Program-made: the position numbers and the translations under genes
Notes under the pieces: model-generated
What the model was told of the DNA's origin: nothing
Database searches by the model: none
What the model saw: only the letters and a program-made list of their open reading frames with translations
Shown: piece after piece, positions 8,342-16,035 of the stretch
Numbering within the stretch: the stretch's first letter is position 1
How the letters are laid out: every line of letters starts with the position of its first letter
IMG/VR virus record: IMGVR_UViG_3300033141_003137
Source of the DNA: a virus
Direction: 5' to 3' (one strand)
Length of the DNA stretch: 25,871 bases

Positions 8342-8363
8342 GGAGGAACCGACCTCCTTTGAA
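8342..8363 (+). terminator. Possible weak intrinsic terminator: GGAGGaaccgaCCTCC followed by TTTGAAG
   Basis: 5-bp GC stem, 6-nt loop and a short T-run downstream of the 7536..8297 gene. It conflicts with a coding reading of 8323-8472. Confidence 0.25.
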
Positions 8364-8485
8364 GCCCCGTACTGATCGGGATCGGCGGTCGTGCTCGAAC
8401 CGTCGGACGCCCTGTGACAGGTGGGAAAGGTTGCTGTGCCGGAGTAGAAGCCCGGCCCCTCGCACTTTTTGATGTAGGTGAAGTC

Positions 8486-8818
8486 ATGGGAAGCCAAGCG
8501 AACCTGTGCTGGATGTTGAATGCACCCGAAGAGGTCGAGTGCCCCTCGTGCAAGCGGACCTTCTCGACGTACTTCGACGACTACGACATCGACAGCCCCT
8601 GCAACCCGGAGCCCGGCATCTGGAAGCTCCGGACCCAGTGTCCTCATTGCGACGAAGAGGGCCGCGAGACGTCCGTGGTCATGGATTTTCGGGTCCAGCT
8701 CGTGCCGACGGTCCCAGACGGCCCATTGTCGGCCCCAGGAGGCCCCTCAGGGGCCGTTCCGGGCTCTGAGCGGGTCAGTGGCTCCTTAGACCGACCAGGC
8801 TCTCAGGAGGACTCCTAG
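8486..8818 (+). CDS. Cys4 zinc-ribbon protein (110 aa)
   Basis: MGSQANLCWMLNAPEEVECPSCKRTF...QCPHCDEEG with GGTGAAG RBS. Confidence 0.5.
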   Translation: MGSQANLCWMLNAPEEVECPSCKRTFSTYFDDYDIDSPCNPEPGIWKLRTQCPHCDEEGRETSVVMDFRVQLVPTVPDGPLSAPGGPSGAVPGSERVSGSLDRPGSQEDS

Positions 8819-9169
8819 GTGCCTTACACGCTGGAGCACGGTTCCTACTATTTCCGGAATCGCCCAGATGGGCCGATTCGGCTCATGACCGATCAGGTGG
8901 CGCTGGCCTACTCCCACGCCTGTGATACCCCGGATGAGCCCGACTGCACGGGCTGGGTCATCCACAAGCACGGCTGTCCGAGTGATGTCCAAATCTGGTG
9001 GCAGGAGAACAGGGAGGTGGCCAAGCCTCTCTTCGGAGAGGTCAATCTGGTGACCTTCCCGAGGAAGTTCGACGCGGGCCGCATCAACGACATCATCGAG
9101 CATCCTCCCCAGTTGGCGGTGTTGCTAGACGAAGCATTCAAAGCTGCCTTGGCAGAGAGCAACGACTGA
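8819..9169 (+). CDS. hypothetical protein (GTG start right after the upstream TAG)
   Basis: 116-aa ORF MPYTLEHGSYYFRNRPDG... with Cys/His. Confidence 0.45.
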   Translation: MPYTLEHGSYYFRNRPDGPIRLMTDQVALAYSHACDTPDEPDCTGWVIHKHGCPSDVQIWWQENREVAKPLFGEVNLVTFPRKFDAGRINDIIEHPPQLAVLLDEAFKAALAESND

Positions 9170-9450
9170 TGGAACAGCCTGAGTACATCTTGAAGAACGG
9201 CACTCGTGTGCAGGTTCACGAAACCCTGCCTTCAACCACCGGCATGATGATCAAGGCTGAGACCCTGGCGCATCGGACACCCGGCGTGAGGGGGCAGATC
9301 AGCGGCATCGTTGGAGGCCACGGCGGCGACGTGTATTGGGTCCGCCACGATGGCGACGAGGACACGGGCTCAGCCTATGGCTTCTGGGAGATGGAACTGG
9401 AGCCAGTGACTCCCCCGAGTCGCTACGACGTTCTGATGGGTGACGACTAG
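9169..9450 (+). CDS. hypothetical protein (93 aa)
   Basis: MEQPEYILKNGTRVQVHETLPSTTGMMIKAE... ATGA overlap at 9167-9171. Confidence 0.5.
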   Translation: MEQPEYILKNGTRVQVHETLPSTTGMMIKAETLAHRTPGVRGQISGIVGGHGGDVYWVRHDGDEDTGSAYGFWEMELEPVTPPSRYDVLMGDD

Positions 9451-9582
9451 TGCTCGACCGCGCAGGCCCAAGAGCGTGGCTGGTGGACCCGTCGGTGAGC
9501 ACGGTGGTGGCCCGCATCTTCTGGATCTACGTTTGGGCCGAGTTCGGCTGGTTCAGGACAGCCAGTGAGCACCATGAGTTCC

Positions 9583-10164
9583 TCAAGCGGGCTCGGGCTT
9601 GGGAGCACTGGCTAAGGGCTCATCGAACAGTGCGTCTCTGAGGGCGTCTTCGAACTGGACGAAGAGGGCGAGGATGGTGGCGGCCCGTTGGGCTGGCATT
9701 TCACCCTGGTCCCGGAGGTGCTCCACGACCAGGGCTCGCTCGTCGGGGCTGGTCTGGATCCAGTTGTCGAGAGCGATGTAGAGAGCCCGGCGTTTGGCGT
9801 CCTGTGGGGCGCTGGTGATGTCGCTCTCGTCGAGCTTGAGCGGCTTGTAGCCGGGCGGAGCCCACATCTCGCCGTGCTTGAGTCCCTGGGCTGGGGCGTC
9901 GAGTGCCCCGATGCCGGTTTGTCCCAGCTCGGCCCGGAGCTTGGCGACGATCTCCGGGTCGACGGTGACTCCCTGTGCCTTCATCTTGGCGAGGGACTCT
10001 TCCATCACAGCCAGAGTCCTGACGAGTTCCGGGTCTTTCGGAAGAGGCGAGCCCTCGCGCTCTTCGAGAGCCTTGGCTACTCGTTTGATGGCCTTGGTGA
10101 GATCGGGCAGCTGGCGCTCGAAGAACTTGCGGCCTGCGACGGTCTTGACGAACTCAATCATCAT
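9583..10164 (-). CDS. hypothetical protein (193 aa)
   Basis: MMIEFVKTVAGRKFFERQLPDLTKAIKRVAKALEE... with GGGAAGG RBS about 8 nt upstream. Confidence 0.55.
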   Translation of the reverse strand: MMIEFVKTVAGRKFFERQLPDLTKAIKRVAKALEEREGSPLPKDPELVRTLAVMEESLAKMKAQGVTVDPEIVAKLRAELGQTGIGALDAPAQGLKHGEMWAPPGYKPLKLDESDITSAPQDAKRRALYIALDNWIQTSPDERALVVEHLRDQGEMPAQRAATILALFVQFEDALRDALFDEPLASAPKPEPA

Positions 10165-10276
10165 GCATGTGCCTTCCCGAAGTCGGGCTCGTGGGTGACC
10201 TTCTTGATCTTGGTCTTGGTGGTCTCTTCGATCTTGCCGCTCTCGGTGTCATGACTCTTGATTCTCCAGACATTGC
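10165..10276 (-). CDS. Unannotated short coding frame (GTG start about 10276; about 40 codons; ...DTESGKIEETTKTKIKKVTHEPDFGKAHA); either a micro-gene or a +1 frameshift extension of 10249..10518
   Basis: About 83% GC3 in this frame against about 39% and 50% in the other two minus frames. Its TGA overlaps the ATGATG start of 9583..10164. Confidence 0.3.
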
Positions 10277-10518
10277 TCACAGACGCACTGGTGGGGGGAC
10301 CCCTGCTCGACCTTCCGGGGCTCGGGTTTGGCCTTCACTCCCCTGTGGACCTTGAGGGGTTTGGCTTCTACCAGGATGACGGTAGCGCCCTCGTAGTCGC
10401 CCTCTCGCTCGGCCTTGAGGGCCTTGGGCGGCAGGACGTGACACTCGTGGTCGACGGGCTTGCCGTCGCTGAGCCTGTGGCCCTGGTTGCAGTAGGTGGT
10501 GCAGTAGATGTCGCCCAT
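10249..10518 (-). CDS. Cys-rich small protein (89 aa)
   Basis: MGDIYCTTYCNQGHRLSDGKPVDHECH...HQCVCEQCLENQES. A class A motif lies 10 nt upstream (complement of 10529-10535). Confidence 0.5.
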   Translation of the reverse strand: MGDIYCTTYCNQGHRLSDGKPVDHECHVLPPKALKAEREGDYEGATVILVEAKPLKVHRGVKAKPEPRKVEQGSPHQCVCEQCLENQES

Positions 10519-10527
10519 GATCTTCTC

Positions 10528-11142
10528 TTACACCGCTGCTGCGGCTTCCTTGGCGGCTTTGGCATTGACCTTGGCCCGCTTGATGTGGTTGAGGATGCCC
10601 TCACCGATGTCTCGTTGGTGGAGGTTGTCGGTCAGGTAGACTTCGAGGGCCAGGATGGCGTGTGCCATGACTCGGATCTGCTCGGCCTGGCTGAGGGCCT
10701 GGATAGCCGTTCGACCTCCGCACCCGAAGCTGACATCGGTGGAGATCTTCATGGCCTTCAGGACGGGGGTGCCCACGTGGAAACCCTTGTCCATGGGCTT
10801 GGTTCGGCTGAGCTTGATGCCTTCCTTCACGGCCTTCTCCAGGTCCCCCTTCGGGGTGTAGAACTCGGTGATCACGTCCAGCTCACCGGAGACCTCGCGA
10901 CCGAAGCCGAGCTTTTGGACGAGCCGAATCTCGATGCCAAGGGCAGTGGGCTTGACTTCCGCAAAGGCGTTGCCGACCAAGCCGGCGACGACCTTCTCGG
11001 CCTCGTGCTTCATCTTGGGAGCGATGGTTTGCAGAAAGTAGAGGCTGAGGGTGTCCTTGAGAGCCTGGTTCACAGGGTCTACGGGGAGAGGCCCTGTCGC
11101 TTTGGGAGCAGCCTTCTTGGTGGTGCGCTTCTTGGTAGCCAT
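10528..11142 (-). CDS. hypothetical protein with Lys/Ala-rich basic N- and C-terminal tails (204 aa); possible nucleic-acid-binding
   Basis: MATKKRTTKKAAPKA...KRAKVNAKAAKEAAAAV. AGGAGAA RBS 9 nt upstream. Start moved to 11142 from the track start. Confidence 0.55.
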   Translation of the reverse strand: MATKKRTTKKAAPKATGPLPVDPVNQALKDTLSLYFLQTIAPKMKHEAEKVVAGLVGNAFAEVKPTALGIEIRLVQKLGFGREVSGELDVITEFYTPKGDLEKAVKEGIKLSRTKPMDKGFHVGTPVLKAMKISTDVSFGCGGRTAIQALSQAEQIRVMAHAILALEVYLTDNLHQRDIGEGILNHIKRAKVNAKAAKEAAAAV

Positions 11143-11175
11143 GATCTCGGTTCTCCTGGTGGGGGCGTCAGGGAC

Positions 11176-11276
11176 CCGAAGCTGCCGACCTCCTAGCGTC
11201 GTTTCCGGAACGACAGAACCACCTCTGGTAGCGACCCTTTGGTGAGGAGAGAGAAGCTCTCGCATCGGCAGCTTCG
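11176..11276 (-). promoter_or_regulatory. Structured 5' leader of 10528..11142: 13-bp perfect inverted repeat CCGAAGCTGCCGA / TCGGCAGCTTCGG separated by 73 nt, with an inner hairpin GTCGTTtccggaAACGAC
   Basis: Seen directly. Lies between the class B element (11303-11336) and the RBS. Confidence 0.5.
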
Positions 11277-11302
11277 GACCTCCGACGATCCGTTGCTCTG
11301 AC

Positions 11303-11336
11303 CCCACTACGAGCTGGAGCCGAAGTTGTTGAGCCC
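11303..11336 (-). promoter_or_regulatory. Class B element (minus sense CTCAACAACttcggctccagCTCGTAGTGG); the only copy with a long (about 150-nt) leader
   Basis: Matches the 30-nt consensus. Confidence 0.5.
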
Positions 11337-11369
11337 CTGATGATCAATTGTTGGCGGAGCCCAGGAGCG

Positions 11370-11669
11370 CTACCGACCAGGCGGCTTCTTCGGCAGGGGA
11401 CCGAAGTCCAGCAGGCCATCCTTCTGGCCAGGGTCTCGGCGCTTGACCTTGACGACCTCCCTCGGCGGCAGCTCCTTGTTCTCCAGCCGATGTTTGAGGA
11501 AGAGGGCCTCGACCCAGGCCCGTTGCTTCTTGCTCAGCTCGATGATCTTGCCGTTGATGAGGTCGTCGTACATGGCCTGGAAGGCCCGCTTCTCGCTCCG
11601 GCTGAGGGCCAGGGGAGACAGCGTCAGGAGCGCCCGAATCATCTGGAGTCCACTGCGCTTCTTGATCAC
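11370..11669 (-). CDS. hypothetical protein (about 100 aa; GTG start predicted by class A N10 rule; alternative ATG at 11642)
   Basis: Minus sense CGGTGTAtggtcactccGTGATCAAGAAG... The frame continues as MIRALLTLSPLALSRSEKRAFQAMYDDL. Confidence 0.45.
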   Translation of the reverse strand: MIKKRSGLQMIRALLTLSPLALSRSEKRAFQAMYDDLINGKIIELSKKQRAWVEALFLKHRLENKELPPREVVKVKRRDPGQKDGLLDFGPLPKKPPGR

Positions 11670-11690
11670 GGAGTGACCATACACCGGTCG

Positions 11691-11712
11691 AGGATCTTCT
11701 TGTGAAGATCCT
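11691..11712. promoter_or_regulatory. Perfect hairpin/palindrome AGGATCTTC-ttgt-GAAGATCCT between divergent genes; contains ATCTTCTTGT, 17 nt before ATG 11721
   Basis: Seen directly. The same ATCTTCTTGT-N17-ATG arrangement recurs at 21822-21848. Confidence 0.55.
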
Positions 11713-11720
11713 GGGGCACC

Positions 11721-12158
11721 ATGCTGAAGATCGCCAGCCCTCAAGAGCTACAAGCCGAGCTGAAGTCCATCATCGCCTTTGTTCACGCTTCTGAGAAGCC
11801 CGACCGCCAGGTGGTTGCGAGCAAGCTCCGGGGCCTCGCTGACCGCCTAGCTATTGAGAAGTTGGCTGGCCAGGACACGATGGCCAAGGATGTCGTGGAG
11901 TTCCTCGGTCAGATTGAGAATGCCATGAAGCGGGGAACGCTCCCGGCGAAGTGGCGTATCTGGCCCGAGTGGACAATGGGCAACTCCGCTGTCCAAATCA
12001 ACGTGACGGTCGATGAAAGCCATCAGTGGGAAGTGACCTCGAAAGGCTTGGGGGTCGGCAACGACCGTGGGACGGACCTTCGCAAGCTCAAGGCATGGTT
12101 CTGGGACGTTTTCGAGATTGGGGGCGACCGGGAGCTGAACTGGGAGCGGGAGCGATAA
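11721..12158 (+). CDS. hypothetical protein; N-terminal 45 aa paralogous to the 21042..21821 product
   Basis: MLKIASPQELQAELKSIIAFVHASEKPDRQVVASKLRGLADRLA aligns with MRKIASPQDLQADLQDLLAYSQSAEPSRAKLASDLRDLADRVA, also at the nucleotide level. Confidence 0.55.
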   Translation: MLKIASPQELQAELKSIIAFVHASEKPDRQVVASKLRGLADRLAIEKLAGQDTMAKDVVEFLGQIENAMKRGTLPAKWRIWPEWTMGNSAVQINVTVDESHQWEVTSKGLGVGNDRGTDLRKLKAWFWDVFEIGGDRELNWERER

Positions 12159-12169
12159 GGGCCGCTAGT

Positions 12170-12373
12170 CTACGCGAGGACGCTCGGGTTGTCGGCCGTG
12201 GTCACGTCCAGGTGCTGGCCTCGCTTCTGGATCTTGATGAAGCCCGACGAGGTGGCGATGTCGAAGTCGTCGAGGTTGCGTCGGCCTGACCTGAACAGCT
12301 CGTCCTTGACGAACTTGGGGTCCTCGGTGGCGAGGCACTCGCTGGTCTTGCGGTTGAAGAAGACGGTGATCAT
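12170..12373 (-). CDS. small hypothetical protein (67 aa)
   Basis: TGATG overlap with the HNH gene's stop. Confidence 0.4.
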   Translation of the reverse strand: MITVFFNRKTSECLATEDPKFVKDELFRSGRRNLDDFDIATSSGFIKIQKRGQHLDVTTADNPSVLA

Positions 12374-12771
12374 CAGCTAGCTCCTGGCTCGAATCGTTGC
12401 TTCAGCTTCTCGTAGAGGAAGCGGGCGTAGTTGTCAGAGAGGCCCTTGAACCGACCTCGCCCTTTGATCGCCATGTCCACCCGGTTGTCCACGTGATTTC
12501 CGCGTAGAAGGTGAGCGGGATTGGCACAAGCAGGGTTGTCGCAGAGGTGGAGGATGGTGTCGGACGGCTTCAGCTTCTTGCCGTACACCACCTCGTAGAT
12601 GACACGGTGGACCTTCTGGACTTTCCCGTTGGCCTGCATGGCACCGTAGCCCCTCTTGTCCTTCGCGAACTTCCAGAGCCAGCACTCCCCATCGGGGACA
12701 TCCCACTCAAGGCCCAACCAGAGTCGCACTTCGAGGGGCACTTTGAACCGAGGCATAAGAAAGTTTATCAT
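12373..12771 (-). CDS. HNH homing endonuclease (HNH_3 type)
   Basis: MINFLMPRFKV...WLWKFAKDKRGYG...HRVIYEVVYGK...HLCDNPACANPAHLLRGNHVDN. The start region is locally AT-rich. The track ORF's extension to 13110 is a shadow. Confidence 0.75.
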   Translation of the reverse strand: MINFLMPRFKVPLEVRLWLGLEWDVPDGECWLWKFAKDKRGYGAMQANGKVQKVHRVIYEVVYGKKLKPSDTILHLCDNPACANPAHLLRGNHVDNRVDMAIKGRGRFKGLSDNYARFLYEKLKQRFEPGAS

Positions 12772-12861
12772 GAATCCAAACTTTCTTGTGGTCCAGGGGG
12801 TCACGGTGTCGAGAGGTCGCGGAGTTAGGGCCTGGCACGCTCCATGCTCTAGCTGCTGGTC

Positions 12862-13104
12862 ATGCTCGTCAAGTTCTCCTGCGGTTGCATCGGGTTCCTC
12901 GGCCTCTCGGACAAGGCGCTCGTCGTCTCGCCCTGCGACACGGATCGGTACGACCCGGACATCCACCTCTTCTGGCGGGACCTCTCGGACAAGACCCACG
13001 AGGTCCTCGACCCCGAGAAGGGGCAGAAGCTCATGGACGAGGTCGGTGCCTTGGTGTTCGACGGTCAACGCTACCGGGAGATCCGCTCCCTGTTGAGGCT
13101 CTAG
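12862..13104 (+). CDS. small hypothetical protein (80 aa)
   Basis: MLVKFSCGCIGFLGLSDKALVVSPCDTDRYDPD... It shares a CTAG stop overlap with the convergent minus gene at 13101-13104. Confidence 0.4.
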   Translation: MLVKFSCGCIGFLGLSDKALVVSPCDTDRYDPDIHLFWRDLSDKTHEVLDPEKGQKLMDEVGALVFDGQRYREIRSLLRL

Positions 13105-13340
13105 TTCCAAGCCCCTGCGTCCATCAGGGGTTGGGTGTCGAAGCGGCCTGGGTGCTTCTCGCGGATCTTCATGGCGTGAGAGCCCAGGGCCTTCTCCAGG
13201 TCGCAGATGTACCGCTCGGAGGTTCCGATGTATTTGTTGGTCGAGACGACGTTGAGCTTGTGCAGCCAGACGGAGACGGTTTCCTCACCGTCGATGGCTG
13301 TGGCCAGCCGGCGAAGGGCGTTGGCGAGCTTGCTTCTCAT
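13101..13340 (-). CDS. small hypothetical protein (79 aa)
   Basis: MRSKLANALRRLATAIDGEETVSVWLHKL... ATGA overlap with the PARG-like gene's stop. Confidence 0.4.
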   Translation of the reverse strand: MRSKLANALRRLATAIDGEETVSVWLHKLNVVSTNKYIGTSERYICDLEKALGSHAMKIREKHPGRFDTQPLMDAGAWN

Positions 13341-14116
13341 TGCTGGAATGCCTCTTGGAAGGGCCTGAAGGAAGGGCCGCCTCCGTAGATCGGGAAGACG
13401 ACCTTGTCGAAGATGCCACTGAAGTCGCTGTTCAGGTGGGCTGCGAAGATGCCAGCTACCTCGCGGGCGTTGTTGCCGAAGACCCCACAGCCCCAAGCTC
13501 CCAGGATGAGGATCTCGGTCCCGTGGTGAGCAGCAACATCCAGGATGCGTCGGGCTCGACCAGCCATGACTGCGTTAGCGTGGGAGTGCTCATTCCCTTC
13601 GAGGGCTCCCCTGTTCACGGCGGGGGAGGTGATGAAGGCGCCCTTGTAGGGCTGGTTCAGGAGGTGTCCGTGGTCGTCCCGGAAGACCCAGACCTCGGGT
13701 GAGTAGATGATGCCATCCGTGTAGAGCCCGGAGCGCTCAGCCCGGTTGACCTCGTAGAAGGGCGAGTCCTTCAGACCTCCGATGAGGGTCGAGGATCGAG
13801 CGATGCTCTCTTCCTGGGCGACCGTCCCTCGAAGGAACCCTCCGCCGGGGTTCTTGGCCGAGGCGAAGTTCAGGGCAGCGACTTTGCTGTTGGGGTCCTG
13901 GTGGTCTCGCAGTGCGGCCAGGGTCGACTGCTGAGTGACCTGGATCACAGACTCCAGGTACAGCTGGGGGAGGGGGTTGAGGGGCTCGTCTGGTGGGTGG
14001 TAGACCGCGCCCTGCTCAGGTGGCAGCTGGAGCAGCTTCCCCGAGGGGGTTCGGTACTGTCGAGACATGGTGGTTTGGACAGCTTCTTTGGCCATCCTGA
14101 TGAGTCGTTGGCTCAT
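13337..14116 (-). CDS. bacterial-type poly(ADP-ribose) glycohydrolase-like macrodomain protein (DUF2263/TIGR02452 family)
   Basis: Carries the PARG signature GGG-x7-QEE in the context ALNFASAKNPGGGFLRGTVAQEESIARSSTL. 259 aa. Confidence 0.7.
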   Translation of the reverse strand: MSQRLIRMAKEAVQTTMSRQYRTPSGKLLQLPPEQGAVYHPPDEPLNPLPQLYLESVIQVTQQSTLAALRDHQDPNSKVAALNFASAKNPGGGFLRGTVAQEESIARSSTLIGGLKDSPFYEVNRAERSGLYTDGIIYSPEVWVFRDDHGHLLNQPYKGAFITSPAVNRGALEGNEHSHANAVMAGRARRILDVAAHHGTEILILGAWGCGVFGNNAREVAGIFAAHLNSDFSGIFDKVVFPIYGGGPSFRPFQEAFQQ

Positions 14117-14118
14117 GC

Positions 14119-14418
14119 TCAGACCTCCAAGACCTTGGTGGCCTCGTATTGGACGAAGTCCACCTCGAAGGAGCCCTCCGCCTGTGCTTGACGAGCCCGA
14201 GCCCGAGCCTTGTGCTCGCTGGTGGTGATCTCGCCGATGTTCTGGTCTCTGGTGCTGGTTTTCATGACGGCGTAGGCGGTGACGTAGCCAGCCAGTCCGC
14301 GGCGACGGTCGGCCTCTCGGACCTTGTCGTAGCCGTTGAGGTTTTCGTAGATCCCTCGGCCATACCAGCCAAAGGCAAGGGACGTGATGATCGCGAGGAT
14401 GACGGAGAAGGCAGTCAT
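14119..14418 (-). CDS. small membrane-anchored protein (N-terminal TM helix)
   Basis: MTAFSVILAIITSLAFGWYG, then a charged tail. Confidence 0.5.
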   Translation of the reverse strand: MTAFSVILAIITSLAFGWYGRGIYENLNGYDKVREADRRRGLAGYVTAYAVMKTSTRDQNIGEITTSEHKARARARQAQAEGSFEVDFVQYEATKVLEV

Positions 14419-14424
14419 AGGAGC

Positions 14425-15123
14425 CTAGCGTTTGGGTGGGAGGGCTCTAGGCGACATGCCTGATGGGGGTAGCCTCCCCTCCTTGGCCATCGAAGCTTCG
14501 GCCATGGCGATCCTCGAAGATCGACGGTCGTCGATGGCTGAGGCGTTGCCGAGCTGGTGGGTTCGGTTGTAGCCATCCAAGAGTTCGAGGTCTTGGCGGG
14601 GTCCTTGCCCGAGCCGCTTCATGGGGTCAGGAGCCCAGGGGTCAAAGTCCTGGTTGGCGATGTCGAAGAAGCTGTCGGCGAGGCGCATGATGCCGCCACC
14701 AGTGGCGGGGAAGACCATCGTGAAAGCGACCGTGTGTTCTTCGTAGGAGCGGGGGTCAGCTCGGAAGGCAGACTTGCAAACGACACCGAAGCCGGCTGTG
14801 CAGTAGCGGACGATGCGGAAGTCAGCGCTCGCCACCACAGCACCATCGTGCCGGGCCTCCTGGAAGTCGTCAGGGCGTTCGAACAGACGCCAGAAGGGCA
14901 GCACGTGTTCATGAACCTCGAAGCCGTCCTCGCCCTTGATGGGGTAGGTGTTGACGGGCTCAATGAAGACGCCGTCCGTCTTGCCGAACTCGGGATCGGT
15001 CGTTCCACTGAGACGCACGGTGCCTTCGGACACACCAGCCTTAGCCAGCGTGTGGATGTGCATGTACCGCGGGTTCCTCAAGTGGTCGAAGAGGGGCCTT
15101 GGTGTGGTGGCTTGGACAAACAT
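14425..15123 (-). CDS. hypothetical protein (232 aa; start at ATG 15123)
   Basis: A class A motif lies 10 nt upstream (complement of 15134-15140) with a GAAGAGG RBS. MFVQATTPRPLFDHLRNPRYMHIHT... Confidence 0.5.
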   Translation of the reverse strand: MFVQATTPRPLFDHLRNPRYMHIHTLAKAGVSEGTVRLSGTTDPEFGKTDGVFIEPVNTYPIKGEDGFEVHEHVLPFWRLFERPDDFQEARHDGAVVASADFRIVRYCTAGFGVVCKSAFRADPRSYEEHTVAFTMVFPATGGGIMRLADSFFDIANQDFDPWAPDPMKRLGQGPRQDLELLDGYNRTHQLGNASAIDDRRSSRIAMAEASMAKEGRLPPSGMSPRALPPKR

Positions 15124-15139
15124 GACCTCTTCATACACC

Positions 15140-15187
15140 GGAGAGCCAAATAGAGAACGGACCCCCAGGGGTGACTAGGAGTCCGTT
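15140..15187 (-). terminator. Candidate intrinsic terminator (minus sense AACGGAC...CCCCTGGGG...GTCCGTT then CTCTATTT)
   Basis: 7-bp outer stem with an inner CCCC-T-GGGG palindrome and a T-rich tail downstream of 15235..15990. Confidence 0.3.
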
Positions 15188-15234
15188 GCCGGTGGGTTGT
15201 CTAGGCCCACCTGGTCCGCCGCCTACACCGAAAG

Positions 15235-15990
15235 TCAGCTTCCCTGATCATCCTTATACACCGGCCAGCCGTTGAGCCTGTGCGCTTCATCGAGTGTGGC
15301 CTCAACAAAGGGACCGGCCTCGTCGATGAACTTGTGAGCCACGCTGCCGAAGCCCATTCCCTCTTCGGCCCACATCCCTTTAGCTCGAATGGCGACCTGC
15401 GCCATGGCGTTGTCGATCTCGGGAGGGCTCAGGTGTCTGAGCGCACAGGTCACCATCTCGATCTGGTCTTCCGAGACTTCGACCTTCGAGACCGCTACGA
15501 GGTTGGTCAAGACCTCTCTGACCGACTCGCGTGCTGCGGTGACGTGGCTTTCGCTCACGGGCTCGGGCTTGGGTCGCTTGCTGTCGAGCTGGAAGTCCGC
15601 CTCGATTCTCGGCATGAGCGGCCGAAGAGCTTCGGGGGCGGTCAGGTCCGGAGGGCCGATGAAGATGAGTCTCTGGAGGTGGCGGTTGTTGAGCCTGAGC
15701 TGATCGTTGTTGGTGCTGAGGTGTTCAACAATGTCGGGATCGCCAAACCAGTCGCCTGGGTTGCGAATGAAAACGAAAACAATCTCGTCCCTCGTGGGCA
15801 TGTGCTCAGGCAGGTCCTCGAAGGTCGCATCCTCGACGATCTTCACCCTGTCCTTCTTGGGGTCGAGCTTGGTCAAGAGCCCACTGACGAACTCGTCGGG
15901 CTCTGTGGTTGCGACGTAGAACATCGGAGTCAGGCATCTGATGTGGAAGAGGACGCCGAAGTCCTGATTGAACAGTTTGTTGAACGCCAT
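15235..15990 (-). CDS. hypothetical protein (251 aa)
   Basis: Coding-like ORF. The TACACCG half-site lies 9 nt upstream of its ATG. Confidence 0.5.
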   Translation of the reverse strand: MAFNKLFNQDFGVLFHIRCLTPMFYVATTEPDEFVSGLLTKLDPKKDRVKIVEDATFEDLPEHMPTRDEIVFVFIRNPGDWFGDPDIVEHLSTNNDQLRLNNRHLQRLIFIGPPDLTAPEALRPLMPRIEADFQLDSKRPKPEPVSESHVTAARESVREVLTNLVAVSKVEVSEDQIEMVTCALRHLSPPEIDNAMAQVAIRAKGMWAEEGMGFGSVAHKFIDEAGPFVEATLDEAHRLNGWPVYKDDQGS

Positions 15991-15999
15991 ACTAGGTCC

Positions 16000-16025
16000 T
16001 ACACCGACGGGGTCGTTTCGGTGTA
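16000..16025. promoter_or_regulatory. Inverted repeat TACACCGA-cggggtcgtt-TCGGTGTA at a divergent junction (class A, both halves used)
   Basis: N9 to minus ATG 15990 and N10 to plus ATG 16036. Confidence 0.6.
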
Positions 16026-16035
16026 TGAATCTTCC

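Noticed and set aside
9450-9641. 63-aa + strand ORF (GTG start)
   Set aside because: It overlaps the 3' end of minus gene 9583..10164 by 58 nt and has no RBS or motif support. It is more likely intergenic or terminator space.
10258-11196. 312-aa + strand ORF
   Set aside because: Antisense shadow of minus genes 10249..10518 and 10528..11142. Its composition (GLGDV-rich) is typical of high-GC antisense frames.
15280-16035. First 252 codons of the 334-aa + strand ORF 15280..16284
   Set aside because: Antisense to the well-formed minus gene 15235..15990. Only the last 82 codons (16036..16284) are kept, which have their own ATG, a class A motif and lie outside the minus gene.
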